Origin: Scenedesmus sp. PABB004 | Lineage: Eukaryota | DNA length: 64,000 bases | Direction: 5' to 3' | Assembly: GCA_014905635.1 (NCBI GenBank) | Contig: JABVCE010000004.1 | Coordinates: 744,001-808,000, forward strand | Part shown: positions 39,000 to 51,501 of the stretch, piece by piece | Position numbering within the stretch: the stretch's first letter is position 1 | How the letters are laid out: every line of letters starts with the position of its first letter | The notes under the pieces: model-generated | Told to the model about the DNA's origin: nothing | Database searches by the model: none | What the model saw: the letters and a program-made list of their open reading frames with translations, nothing else | Translations under genes and position numbers: made by a program

Positions 39000-41900
39000 C
39001 TAGCGGCCGCGGTCATCGTAGCTGTCCCAGTCGAATCGCTCGTCCTCCTCCCAGCCCGGGGGCATGCCGAGCGGCGGCCGCGGCCCCTCCGGCGCGCCAC
39101 CGGCGTCGCCGGGCTCCGCGCCGCTGCCGGGCTCGGCGGCGGCGCCGGGCTCGGCGGCGGCGCCGGCCTCCGCGCCGCCGGCCTCCGCGCCGCCGCGCGC
39201 GAGCGCGCCGCGCGCGGGGCGCGCCGCGGCCGCCGCTCGAGCGCCGCCCCTCGTCGTAGGAGTCCCACGACCCCAGCGCGTCGGCGTCGCCGTCGCCGTC
39301 GTCGTCGTCGTCGCTGCCGCGCCCGCGCTCCGCCGGCGGCGCGAGCCCGGCGGCCTTGGCCACCGCCGCGCGCGCGGCCGCGCGCGCCACGGTCGACTGC
39401 AGCCCCTCATCGTACTGGTCCCAAATGAAGCGCTCGTCGTCGTCCCAGTTGGCGGTGAAGCTCTCGAGGCTCTCCAGCGGCTCGCTGCGCGCGGGCTTGG
39501 GCGCGGAGAGCTCGCGCAGCGCGAGGTGGTGCGCGAGCAGCTCCTGCTGCTCCCGCTCCTCTGCCGCGGCCGCGCGCTCGATCTCGCGCTGGCGCTTGCG
39601 CTCGCGGCGGCGCGCGAGCCAGGCCGCGAGGCGCTGCCCGCCGCGCGGCTGCTCGCCGCCGCCGCCGCCGTCGCCGTCGTCGTCGTCGCGCAGCGACGGC
39701 GCCTGCCAGACCTGCTCGTCCCACGCGGCGTCGCCGGGGCGCTTCTCCAGCGCGCCGCCGCCACCGCCACCGCCAGGGGCGCCGCCGCTCTGGCCGCCGC
39801 CGCCGCTCGGGCCGCCGCTCGGGCCGCCGGAGCCGCCGCCGCCGCCGGCGCCCAGGTCGGGCTGCAGGTCGTCGGAGTGCAAGTCCTGCCAGCTGCCGTG
39901 CTGCAGGTCGTTGAACCCCGCCGCCGCGAGCGCGCCCGCCGCGCGCGCCTGGCCGGCGCCGCTCGCCGCCGCGGCGCGCGCGAGGCGGTCGTGCGTGCGC
40001 TGCTGCCGCTCGAGCGCCTGCTGCTGCTGCAGCAGCGCCGCGGCCTCCGCCTCGACGCCGCCGGGAGGCGCGCCCGCGGGCGGCGGCGGCTCGGGCAGGT
40101 CGAGCAGGGCGTAGCTGTCGTCCGCCGGCGCCGCGCTGGCCGAGTGGTAGGTGTTGAGGGGCCGGATCATCTCGGCCTCCTCAATGAACCCGTCACGGTC
40201 CCTGCACGCGGGCGCGGCGGCGCGGGCGCGGTGGGCGCGGCGGGCGCGGGCGGGGGCGGTGGTGCGGTGAGCGGGCGTGGGGGCCTCGGCCTTGCTGGGA
40301 GGCGGCGCTCGGTGCCGGCGGGCGGGTCCGCGGCATCGCGGCGCTGCACGGAGCGCCGCGCGGCACACAGCACGGGGCCGCGGAGCGGCAGGGCCGCGGC
40401 GGCGCGGCGGGCCCCCCCTCTCCACACCCACCGGTCAAAGGCCTGCCAGAGGAAGTCGATGTGCGTGGGCGTCATCGCGCGGTTGCCGAGCGCCTCCATG
40501 AGCAGCGCGCGGAAGCGCGCGCGGTCGACGTACTTGTAGCGCACGCGCTTGACCGCGCGCAGCACCTGGTCCACGTCCTCGATGTTCTGCACCAGCAGCA
40601 CGCTGCGGCGGCGGGCGCGGGCGGGGGCGTGCGGGCGGCGGGGGTCAGGCGGGGGTCAGCGCGGGGGCCACGTGGGCGGGCGCGTCCGTGCGCGTGCGCG
40701 CGCTGCCGCCGGCGCCGGCTGGAGCGCGGGTGTGTGGCCTGTTGGTGCGCACCGCAGCATCTTCTGCTCGAACGACTTGTTCTGGTTGACCTTGCGCCAG
40801 TTGCGCGTGTACTGCAGCGGCGGCGGCGGCGGCGGCGGCGTGCAGGTCGCGGGGCGTGCGCGACGACGGCGGCGGCGGCGGCGGCGGGCGCGCGGAGAGC
40901 GCGACGGCGGCGCGCGCGAGGGCGGGCGGCGCTGCGCTGCGCTGCGCTGCGCTGCGCTGCGCTGCGCTGCGCTGCGCTGCGCTGCGCTGCGCTGCGCCGC
41001 GCGCACCCAGAAGCGGCTCGCGGGGTACGACAGCGCGCTGAGCAGCAGGCTGCCGCCGCACACCTGCGGGCGCGCGCGGGGCGCGGCGGGCGGGGTTGGG
41101 TTGGGGGTCAAAACCTTCAACCCTGAGCCCTTCAACCTTCAACCCTTCAACCCTTCAACCCTTCAGCCCTACAACCCTGGCCCTGAACCCCTGTGCCGCC
41201 CCGCGTTAAGGCCCCGCACCAGGAAGAAGTAGGTCGACTCGTCCGCCGGCAGCGGTGTCTCCAGGTTCATCCCGAAGAATGCCGGCAGGATGGTGGACGC
41301 CATCACGCTGGCAGCAGCGCAGAGAGCGAAGAGAGAGAGAGAGAGCGGGCGGGCGCGGGGCGCGGGCAGGGCGGGGCGCGGGCGGCGTGGGCGGGGCGGG
41401 GCGGCGTGGGCGGGCGGGCGCGCTGGAGGGAGCGGGCGGGCGGGCGGGCGGCGTGGTGGCGTCGCACCTGATGTTGAGCATCGACAGCCAGCTGCGTTTG
41501 GCCAAGCACACGCCAGGGGCGGGGCGGGGCGGCCAGGGCGGCGGCGGCGGCGGCGGCGCGTCAACGGGCGGCCGGCGCGCGCGGGGCCCCGGCCGCGGCC
41601 CAGCCCAGCCCCGCTGGGTTTAGGCCCTAAACCGCCCCGCCCCAGGGCTCACAGGTTGACCATGATGATGTGGTTCCGGCTGCTGTCGAGCTGCGCACAC
41701 GCGCAGGGCGCCGCGGCGGCGGCGGCGGCGGCGGCGCGCGTCAGCCCCGCCAACGCAGCAGCGCGGCGGCCCCCAGCGCGCCTGCGCGCGCGCCCCGCAG
41801 CGTCCGTGTCCCGCCCGCATCCCGCCGCCGCGCCTGCATGTGCCAGAGGCTGCGCGTGTTGTCCAGGTCCTCCTCCGCCTCGTTGATGGAGCCCTCGAGG

Positions 41901-44206
41901 CTCTGGATCTCGCGCTCGTACGACTCGAGCATCTCCGTCAGCATGCGCACCTGGCGGGTGCAGGGCGGCGGCGGCCGCGCGGGAGACAGCGCGCGAGCGA
42001 GTGCGTGCGTGAGCGAGGGAGCGAGCGCACGTGCGAGAGTGTGATAGCGGCGCGTGCGCGGCGGCGCGCGCTGCGCAGCGTGGCGGCGGGCCCCGCGCCG
42101 CGCGCGCCGCGCGCCGCGCACCTGCTGCCCCGGGCCAACCGAGACCTTGGCGTCGCGGGCACCGCCGCGCGTGGTGCCGTAAATGATGGAGAACGCGGTG
42201 CTGGGGCCGGCGAGGCCGTCGTCGTCCGGGTCCAGCCCCTCCTCCACCTCGCGCTGGCGGTGGCGCTGCAGCTCGCGCGACACCCACGCCGCGTGCGCCT
42301 GCTGCTGCTTGTGCCACGAGAGGCAGAGCTCCGTGAGCGTCTGGTTGTCCTCCAGCGCCTGGCGCGGGAGAGGGTTACGGCCGGCCGGGCGGGAGGCGTG
42401 GGCTGAAGGGAGCGCGAGAGCGGGCCAGCCAGCAGCCCCCGGAAGGCGCGGCGCCGCGGCGGGCGGGCGGGCGGGCGGCGGCCCCGCGCACCGCCTTGAT
42501 CGCCGCGCTCGTCTCCTTGACGTCGTTCTTCACGCTCGTGAGGAACTTCTGGATGGGGATCAGCCTGGCGGGCACACGGGCGGCGACGCGCGGCGCGCGT
42601 CGCGGCGCGGCGGGCGTGGGCGGCCGCGCGCGTCGGCACGAGGTGCGCGGCGCCGAGCCCCGCGGCGCGCCGCCCAGCCCCGCGGCGCGCGCCGCGCACT
42701 GGTGGGCCTTGTCCATGGCGCCCTGCGGCTGGCTGGGCTGCCGGATGTCGGCAGCGATGGACTCGAGCATCCAGTTAAGGTGCTGGCACTTCGTGTAAAA
42801 GTACTCTGTGCATGTGCACAGGCGGCGCAGAAGCAAGGCGAGTGCGTGTGTGCGTGTGTGGGTGTGCGTGTGCGCACGCGCGTGCGTGCTGTGTGCGTGC
42901 GTGCGTGTGCACGCGCCGCATGCGCCGGCCCTGCCGCCGCCGCCGCCGCCGCCGGCGCCGGAGCTGTTGGCGCACCGGTGGTGGCGTCGAGCAGCACCTC
43001 CAGGACCAGCATCTCAAACGGCACGTCCTTCAGGTCGCTCCCGCCGCCGGTGCGCCCCGCCGGGCCGCCGAGGCCGTCGTCGTCGCCCGGCTCGCCGCCC
43101 GCCGCCCAGGCCTTGCGCGCGCGGCGCGGCGCGCCGCTCGCGGCGAGCACGTCCGCCGCGCCGAGCGCGCGGCCGCAGCCGTGCGAGCTCGGGCCCGTCG
43201 CGCTCGCGCGCGCCGACTCGGCCTCGCGCTGCTGCTGCTCCCACAGGCGCAGCGCCATAAGGCGTTGGTCGTTCGCGGCGAGGATGTTCTGGCTCAGCTT
43301 CTGCGTGTCGGCGTCGCGCCTGCGGGAACGCACGCGACGCGCAGCGCGCGTCGGTCTGCCCGCCGCCTGCCTCTCCCGCGCGCGCCAGAACGAGCGCGCG
43401 GCACGCCCGCGCCCAGGGCGGCGGCGGCGGCGCCCGCGCCCGCGCGGCGGCGCACCTGCTCTTGATGAGGATGGCCTTGTCGGCGGTGATGATGGCCTTG
43501 ACAATCTCAGTCTTCACCAGGATCTTGCCATCATGCACCGCGATGGTCGCGCGCTGCGCGTGCCGTGCGGCGGCGGCGGCGCGGGCGGTGAGCGCGGGCG
43601 GTGAGCACGGGCGCAGCTGCGGCGGCAGCCGCAGCGGCGGCCCTGCGCGGGAGGCGTGGCTGCGCGGCGGACCTGCGGCGCCGCGAGGCGGCTGAGCGGC
43701 GCGAAGAGCACGACGTCACGCGGGTGCAGGCCCTGCAGGGGCAGCGGCAGCGGCGGCGGCGGCGGCGCGGGGGCGTGGGCCACCACCGACCGCGCTGCTG
43801 CCGCGACGCAACGCCGCCGCGACGGGCGTGAGCGCCCGCCGAGCTGCCGCCGCCGCGGCGCGCCGCCCGCACCAGCTGCTGCGGCGTGCGGGGGCGGTAC
43901 TCCTCCACCGCGGTGCCGTTGGCGTGAAACTCCACCACCTGGGCGCGCACGCACGCGCGGCGGCGGGCCGTCAGCCGAGGCGTCGCCGGCGCGCGCGTCT
44001 GCATGCGGGTCACGTGCTGCCGTGCCAGCGCTGCCGCCAGTGCTCGGTCGTTCCTGAAAGAGGGGGACCTTGCGCCGGAACTTGCGGCCGAGGCCGCCGT
44101 GCATGCCCTCGGTGTAAAACTGCGTGAGCACGTGCCCCGGCTCGGTGAACTCCTCCGGCGTGAGCGTGCCGCCCTGGAGCTTGTCCGAGCTCGGCCACAG
44201 CAGGCT

Positions 44207-44246
<40 letters not shown>

Positions 44247-44689
44247 AGCGCCGACGCGCCGCGCTCCGCCGGCTGCGCGCGCTGATTGAGCGGGTGGTCC
44301 GGCGGCACGTCGCAGCTCAGGCTGATGCCCGGCGGCGCCCCCGCGGCGCTGCCGCTGCTGCCGCTGCCGCCGTCGCTGGCGCTGCTCGCGCTGCGCCGCG
44401 GCGCCTGCAGCAGTGCCGGCAGCAGCGCGCCGCTGCGCGGCCGCCACGCCGGCCAGCTCCCCTTCCAGGGCGCCGCGCGGGGCGCCGCATCGCAGGGAGT
44501 TGGCTGCAACCTCAGGCCATGCGATGCGCCCGGCAGCGCCTGTAATTGAGGGCCCTGCCGGCCCTGGTGCTCCGCCTGGCTCGAGGCTGCTGCTGCCGAG
44601 CCCGCGCCCGCGCCAAGTGAGCCGCTGCACCCACGAGACTGCGCGGCAGCCCGCTGCAACACCGACGCGATCAGTGGCCGGCCCGGCAT
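39000..44689 (-). CDS. Organelle-targeted MRS2/CorA magnesium transporter with C-terminal EF-hand and acidic Trp-repeat tail; multi-exon
   Basis: GLHPRDVVLF, VKTEIVKAIITAD, VPFEMLVLE, EMLESYEREI, LDSSRNHIIMVNL, FFGMNLE signature, then FDRDRDGFIEEAE EF-hand loop. The extreme 3' end needs a frame change near 39245. Confidence 0.85.
40930..40996. repeat. (GCTGC)n pentanucleotide microsatellite, intronic
   Basis: About 13 tandem GCTGC units. Confidence 0.92.
41110..41190. repeat. Degenerate telomere-like tract (CCCTTCAA/CCCTGAA/CCCTGAG units) in an MRS2 intron
   Basis: About ten tandem 7-8 nt CCCT-based units, AT-richer than the flanks. Confidence 0.55.
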
Positions 44690-45033
44690 GGCCGCATCGC
44701 GCGCGGAGCCGGATAGCGACTGCTGCCGCGCCGCGTTCTCGCCTGGCGCGGGCCCGCCGCAGCTGGGCTGAGCGCGTGGCGCGAGCGGAGTCCCGGGAGC
44801 GACTCCACGGCGCGCTGCGCCGCGGCGCAGCCGAGCGCGCGCCGCGCGGCGGAGGCACAGCCAGGCCGGACCGCCGCCGCGCGCCGCTGGCCGCCAGTCG
44901 CCGCGGCCGAGCGGCCAGCAGCCAGGCGCCACCGGTTACTCTCGCGCACGCAGGCTGACTCCCACGCGCGCGCGCGCGCAGGCTGGCTTCACGCGCGCGC
45001 GCGCCGTCCCTGCCGCCGCGCCCCGCGGCGCGC

Positions 45034-46682
45034 TCAGGCCTTGCGGAAGCGCTGCGCCCACGCGCCGAGCCAGTTGACCGCGACCATCATGACCAGCGAG
45101 ATGAGCAGCAGCACGGTGCCGATCTGCGGCGGCGGCAAGGTCGGCGGCGGCGGGGTCGGCGGGGTCGGCGGCGGCGGGGCAGCGCGGCGCGGCGCAGCAG
45201 CCAGGCGCCCAGGCGTGCCGCGCGGCTGCGCACCACGGTGGCGCGCGCGACGTCGTACTGCTCGAGCGCCTGGAAGATGAGCACCGGCGCGATGAGGTCC
45301 TTGAAGGGAAAGTTGGAGCTCACGATCACGATGCTCCCAAACTCGCCCAGCGCGCGGCTGAATGCGAGCGCCGTGCCCGTGAGCAGCGGCGGCAGCAGCG
45401 GCGGCAGCAGCACCTGCGTGAACGTCGTCCACGGCGACGCGCCGAGCGACCACGCGGCCTCCTCGACCTCCTTCTCCATCTCCTGCAGCACCGGCTGCAT
45501 CGTGCGCACGACAAAGGGGAACGACACAAACACCATCGCCACCGCGACGCCGAGGCGCGTGTAGACGACGTTGATGCCCAGCTTGGCGAGCAGCACGCCC
45601 AGCACGCCCTCCTCGCCGTACACCGTCGCGAGCGTGAGCCCCGCGACCGACGTCGGCAGCGCAAACGGGAGGTCCACCGCGGCGTCGATCCACTTCTTGC
45701 CTGTGCACGCGACGCGACGCGACGCGCGGCATGGCGTGTGGGACACGCGCGCACGCACGGCGAGTGCAGCCAGCGCCGGCCCGCTGACCGCCGGTCCGCC
45801 GCGCGCCGCAGCCCGCCCGCGCGGAGCCGCGCAGCGCGGCACCGACCCTGCGCGCGGCCGCGCGTCGGCGCACCGGGGAAGTCGTACTTGACCAGCACCC
45901 AGGCGAGGAGGAAGCCGAAGACCGCGTTGACGGCGCCCGCGGCGGCGGCCATGGTGAAGGAGACGTTGAACGCGCTCAGCGCGACGGGGTCGGTCGCGGC
46001 CGCGACAAACTGCTCGAGCGGCACGAGGCTGCTCTTGGCGAGCAGCGCCGTGATGGGCAGGACGAGCATGAGCGCAAGGTAGCCGAGCATGTAGGCCCAC
46101 GCGAGCGGGCCGCCCAGGTCCCACACCGACACGCGCGGCAGCGACAGCCGCCCCCGCACGGGCGGCGCCCACGGCGCGCCGGCGCCGCCGCTGCTGCCGC
46201 CGCTGCTGCTGCCGCCGCCGCCGCTGCTGCTGCTGCCGCCTGCAGGCCGGGGTGCGGCGGGCGGGCGCGGGCGCGGGCGCACGAGCAGGTGAGCGGCCGC
46301 GCGGCGCTGCGTGCGCGGCCGCTCCCTGCGGCGCCCGCGCCAGGCCGACCGCGCGGCGCGCACCTGCGTCCAGCGCGCCTGCTGCTGCGCGTGACCGGGC
46401 GCCCGCTCGCCGCTGCTGCGGCGGGGCGCTCCGCGGCAGCGCCGCGGGCTGCGGCGCCGCCGGCGGTCGCGGCAGCGGCGGCGGCCGCGGCTGGCGCGGC
46501 GCGAGGCGCGGTCGCGCGGGGGCTGCGGGGCGGGTGCGGGGCGTCAGCTGAGGCGCCGCACCGCGCCAGCGGGGGCCGCGATCCGCCGCAGTGCCCGGCG
46601 GCAGCCGCCCTGCAGCCGCCCTGCTCGCACCTGGCGCCTGCAGCCCCGCCCGCGCCGCGCCCGCCCGAGCGGCGACGCCCAT
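45034..46682 (-). CDS. SULP1: Chloroplast envelope sulfate ABC transporter permease SulP (CysT homologue); multi-exon
   Basis: [65 protein letters not shown] (EAA loop), [12 protein letters not shown]; transit-peptide-like N-terminus. Confidence 0.92.
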
Positions 46683-47110
46683 GACGACTGCTGGCGCGTT
46701 CCTCGCGCAGAACGGCTGCCGCGCGAGTCTGCGGCCGCCGGCCGGGCGCGGGGGCACGCGATGCGACAGAACGGCGCCCGCAAGACGGTTCCGCGTGCGC
46801 CGTGCGGCTGGCGCCTCGAGAGGTGACTTGCGCGAGGAACGCGTCAGCCCGGAGCCGCCGGGGACCTTGTCGGCGCGCCGCCGCCACGCGCGGCGGCGCA
46901 GCGGCAGCTGTTCAGCAGCGGCAAGGCTCCTCACGGCCTCACGGCCCTGCTGGCTGCCACGCCACGGCGCTGCCACTCACGCGCCCGAGCGCATCATTCA
47001 AGACTGCAGCGGGCATCAGGCCCGGCTCCGCGCTCCGATCGCCGCCACCGATCGCGGCGACGCCACGACGAGCGCCCCGCGCGTGCGTGCGCGCCGCAGC
47101 GGCAGTCGCC

Positions 47111-48772
47111 ATGGCCGGCTTCGGGGTGAGCGCGTCGTGGTCCAGGGGGCCGCCCTTGCACCGCGTTGGCCCGCCGCTCGCTGCACGCGCGCCACGCGGC
47201 GGCGCCGCCCGACCGGCGCGGATGCGGCCGCAGGCGGGCACGTCCTTCCTGGATGACGACGACCCCTACGATTTCGGGGGCGGCATGAGGGCGTTTGACG
47301 CGGTGCGGCGGCGCACAACGGGCACGGCCGCTGCTGCGCGGGCGCGCGCCGCCGCCGCGTCCGCCGCCGCCGCGTCCGCCGCCGCTGCGTGCCGCCCACG
47401 CGCCGCCCCCGCGCTGCTGCAGGTGGTCCGCTACCGGCCGGAGGAGCAGCAGCACCCCAGCTTTGGCGCGGGGTGAGCGGGCGCGCCAGGCGCTGCGCGG
47501 GCCTCCTGCCCGCGCGCCGCCACGCGTGCACACGACCCCCGACCCCCGCGCGCGCACGCCCTCCACGCGGCGCCTGCAGGCTCGCGAGCCTGGGCGCGGC
47601 AGCGGCTGGCGACAAGTGGCGGCAGGCGTTCCTGCGCGTTGCGGCGGCGGCGGGGCTGGCCGGGCCCGACCCCGACCCCGACGCCGTCGCGGCGGCGGTC
47701 GCGGGCCTGCGCGGCGCCGAGGCGCGCGCGTGCACGCTGCAGCAGCAGGAGGCGGCGCTGCAGGTGCAGGTGGCGCACCTGACGCTGCAAAACCTGGAGC
47801 TGCGCCGCGAGCTGAGCAGCGGCTGGTGCGCGGCGGAGCCGTCGGTGCTGCATGCGCGGCAGCTCGTGCTCGACCCAGCGATACAGCAGGAGTTTGCGCG
47901 CCTGCGCGAAGAGCTGGTCGAGGCCAAGGCCACGATCAGCCAGCTGCGCGAGCACAACGACTCGCTCACCTTCACCGCGGTGCGGCGGCGGCGGCGGCGC
48001 GCCGCGCGGCGGCGGCACGCGACGGGCGGCGGCACGCGACGGCGGCGGCGGCACGCGACGGCGGCGGCGGCACGCGACGGGGCAGCTGGTGGCGCAGCGC
48101 CCGCGCGCGTGGCGGCGACGCCGCCGCGGCCGGCCGCGCAGGAGTCCAAGATGGGCCGCGCGCTCATCAACAAGCTCAAGACGCTGGCCGACGAGAACAC
48201 AGAGATGGCGGCGCAGCTGCGCGATGGCAACGCGACGCAGGCGCGGCGCCCGCGCGGCGCCGGCGCCCCGGGGGCCGCGCGGCGCGGCGCGCTGTGGTCC
48301 CGGACGCCCGCCCCGGCCCGGCCGGCCCGGCCAGACCCCCGCCGCCGCTGGCACCGCCGCCGGCGCGCGCGCGCAGGCAGCGCTGGTTGCGGTGGAGCGG
48401 CACCACGCGGCGGAGCTGCGCAAGGCGCTGGCGGAGCTGCGCGACGCGGCGGGGCGGCTGGACGAGGAGAACGAGGAGCTGCACATGCTGCGCTTCCTCG
48501 CCACGCGCCAGATCCGGGAGTTGCAGGGCTCGGGCGGCGGCGCCGGCGGCGACGCGCGCGAGCGCGAGAGCGCGAGCGCGCGGGACTGGGACCGGGACCG
48601 CGAGCGCGAGCGGGACCGCGAGCGCGAGCGAGAGCGCGAGCGGCCGCCGCCCGCCGCGCGGCGCGGCGCGCACGCCGGCGGCGCGGGCCGCGGCGGGCGC
48701 GGGCGCGGCGGCGGCGACGCGCGCGACGCCGGCAGGGGCGGCTTCGCCGCCGGCTCGAAGCGGCCGCGCTGA
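47111..48772 (+). CDS. FIP37: m6A writer regulatory subunit WTAP/FIP37/Mum2 family; multi-exon
   Basis: RQLVLDPAIQQEFARLREEL..LTFTAESKMGRALINKLKTLADENTEM matches the WTAP coiled-coil core. Confidence 0.88.
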
Positions 48773-48831
48773 GGGGGCATGCAGGCGGGGGGCGTTGCAA
48801 CGCTGCGGTTGTGCGCCTCGCGCGCCCGAGC

Positions 48832-49797
48832 TCAGTCCACGAGCACTTGGACGTCGTGGCAGCTGTCCAGCAGCCGGCCGTCCTCAGCGATGGCGACAAA
48901 CGTCGGCAGCCGCACCCAGCCGCGTCGCAGCGGCAGGACCAAGAACGACACCTCGGCGCTCGCCCCCGGCGCCAGCGGCGCCACGCGCTGGCTGCGCGCG
49001 CCCTGCACCGCGACGTCCGGGTGGGGCGCCGGGCCGCCGCCGCCGCCGCCGGGCGCCGGCTGCGCCGGCGGCTGCGGCGCCGACCTGCGCTGCAGGCCGC
49101 CGGCGAGCGGGCCCTGCTGCCCGGCCGCGGGCGGCGGCAGCGGTTGCGGCGCCGCGCCGCCGCCGCCGTCGCTGCTGCGACTGCTGGGGCCGCTGCCGCC
49201 TGCCGCGGCCGCGCCTCCGGGCGGCGGCGGCGGCGGCCCCGAGGGCGACAGCTCTGTGTACAGCACCAGCAGCGCGCCGCCGCCGTGGTTGGCCGCCGCG
49301 GTGAGCGTGAAGGTGGCGACCGCAAGCTCGCCGACCGCGAGGCGGCCCGCGAGCGGCGCGGCCGCCTCGCCGCCGCTGCCGCCCGCCGCGGGCTGCACGC
49401 CGCCGCCGCCCGCCGCGGGCTGCAGACGCGTGAGCTGCATCAGCACCTCCCGCCCGCTCACCGCCAGCGGCCCCGACAGCGGCTGCGTGAGCAGGCGGCC
49501 GGTCTTTCCCTCCGGGTTGCTCCAGTGCAGCTCCAGCCGGCCCACAGAGGCAGGCGGGCCGCCGCCGCTGCTGGCGCGGCCGGGGCCGACGGCCCCGCCG
49601 CCGCTGCCGGCTGCGCCGCCGCCGTCCAGCGGCGGCAGGTGGCTGTCGATACTCCACAAATAATTGCGGCTGCCGCCCGGCGGCAGCACTGCGAGCGGCT
49701 CGCACTGCTGGGCCGGCTGCGGCCCAGCTGCGCTCGCCGGGAGCTGCTGCGGCTGCTGCTGCTCCAGGCCATTCGGCAGGGGCTTCACGCCTCCCTG

Positions 49798-49849
<52 letters not shown>

Positions 49850-50803
49850 ACAGAGGGCGCAGCCGCAGCAGCCCTGGCGCCCGCCGAGGTGCCCCCGTCG
49901 TCGCTGTCGTGCTGCTGCCGCGTGTCGCTGCCGTTGGCGCCGCCGCCCGGGAGCTGCTGCCGCGCCTGGCCCGCGCCGCCGCCGCCCGTCGACTTGCGCT
50001 CGCGGCCGTGCGCCTGCTGGTCCGTCTGCAGCTGCTGCCACGGCCGCGCGTCCGCGCCCGCCGGCGGCAGCGCCGCGCCGCGCGGCGCGAGCAGCGCGGC
50101 CGCGACGCCGTCGCCCGCGGGCAGCAGGCTCACGGTGTGCAGCGCCAGCGGCAGCGCCGTGCTGTTGCCGACGCAGACCTCCAGGAACGACGTCGTGCGC
50201 GTGCGGGCCGCCCAGCCCGGCGCCGGCGGCGCCGCGCCGCGCACGTGCGGGAGGCAGCGCACGCGCGTGCGCACCGAAAGCGGGCTGGTCGCGGTGAGCT
50301 TGAAAAACTGGACCACGTACTTACGCTCCCCGCCGGCGTCCGTGAAGACCGCCGACGCGACGAGCGTCGCCAGCCCCTGCTCCTTGATGTCGGCGCTCGC
50401 CGCGACCTCGTGGCGCGCGCCCGGCGGCAGCAGCGCCAGCGGCGCGGCGCCGTTGTCGTGCAGCGCCGCCGCGGGCGCGCCGCCCTCGACGCCGAGCTCG
50501 ACCTTGACCGCCACTGCCGCGATGGGCGCCGCCAGGCCGTTGGTGAGCGCGATGCGGAAGTCGACGGTCTGCGGGTGGCGGCGGTGGTTGCGGCAGCGGC
50601 GTTGGAGAGCCGCCGCTGGCGTGAGGTGCGGCTGCGGCTGCCGCTCCTCCCCGCACCTCGCCGAGGTAGAGCGTCGCGCCCTCGCGCAGCGGCTCGAGCC
50701 GCGGCGGCGCCGCGACCGCTGCCGCCGCTGCCGCGCCGCCGCCGAGAGCCAGCGCTGCCCCAGGCTCCCGTGACGCGCGCCAGAGGACGAAGGACAGCGC
50801 CAT
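48832..50803 (-). CDS. TRAPPC13: Trafficking protein particle complex subunit 13 (TRAPPC13/DUF974)-like; 2 exons
   Basis: TLYLGETVDFRIAL, DIKEQGLATLVASAVFTD..GERKYVVQFFKL..PLSVRTRV, FLEVCVGN, GRLELHWSNPEGKTGRLLTQPL. Confidence 0.8.
49797..49848. repeat. (CTG)n trinucleotide repeat encoding polyQ in TRAPPC13
   Basis: Directly visible; reads as a Gln run on the minus strand. Confidence 0.9.
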
Positions 50804-51501
50804 GGCAGCGGCCGCGGGTCGACGACGAGGGCGCTGCTGCTGCCGCTGCTGCGCCGCTGCTGGCGCCGCTGCTGGCGCCGCTGCCGCGGGGCGGGCTGAC
50901 GCCAAGCAGCGGGAGCTGCTGGGCGTGCGGGTGGGGCGGGAGAGCTAACCCGCGTGCTTCAACCGCCGCGTTGCGCCGCTGCGACGGTGCAGTTCGCCTG
51001 AGCTCCGCCGTCGCCCCTCAGCTGGCAAACCCCCGCCCGCAGCCTTGCCCGCGGCCCTGTTGCCACGGCGCGCTTCGCGAAGGCACGGTCGGCAGCGCGC
51101 CAGCAAGGGCGCCCCGCGGCGCAATCTGGCGGCGCCGCCAAGCGCTGGCTGACCGGCCGCCGAAGCCCGACGGTGCGCCTTGAACGGGCCCTCTTCACAT
51201 CGGGCTCGGCGCGGGGCCCCACGCAGCCCCGGACGCGGGGCCGCCGCCGCGGCGCGCGCGCCGCTGCTGCTGCGCGCCAACGCCCCGCCGCGCCCGCCGC
51301 GTGCTTCGCAGGCGCCGCGCGTCGCACGCTGCCGAGCATGGGTCAAGCGGCGCTCGTCGACCACGCCCGCGGCGCCAGGCGGGCCAGGCTGGCCGACTCG
51401 CGCGCCCCCGCCGCGCCGCGCCCCGCCAGCATCATCGCTCGGGGGGCAACAGGGTCGCGGGGAGCTCAAGGGCCACTTTTCTCTATTTTGCGAGGTGGTT
51501 T

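Noticed and set aside
38460..39000. Lower-GC stretch between convergent lipase and MRS2 genes
   Set aside because: Consistent with 3' UTRs; no terminal repeats, long hairpins or credible ORF seen.
47389..51183. Very long six-frame ORFs (for example 1264 aa, 989 aa, 972 aa) rich in Ala/Arg/Gly/Pro
   Set aside because: Stop codons are rare at this GC content; these ORFs run through introns and antisense to real genes and show no family motifs outside the true exons.
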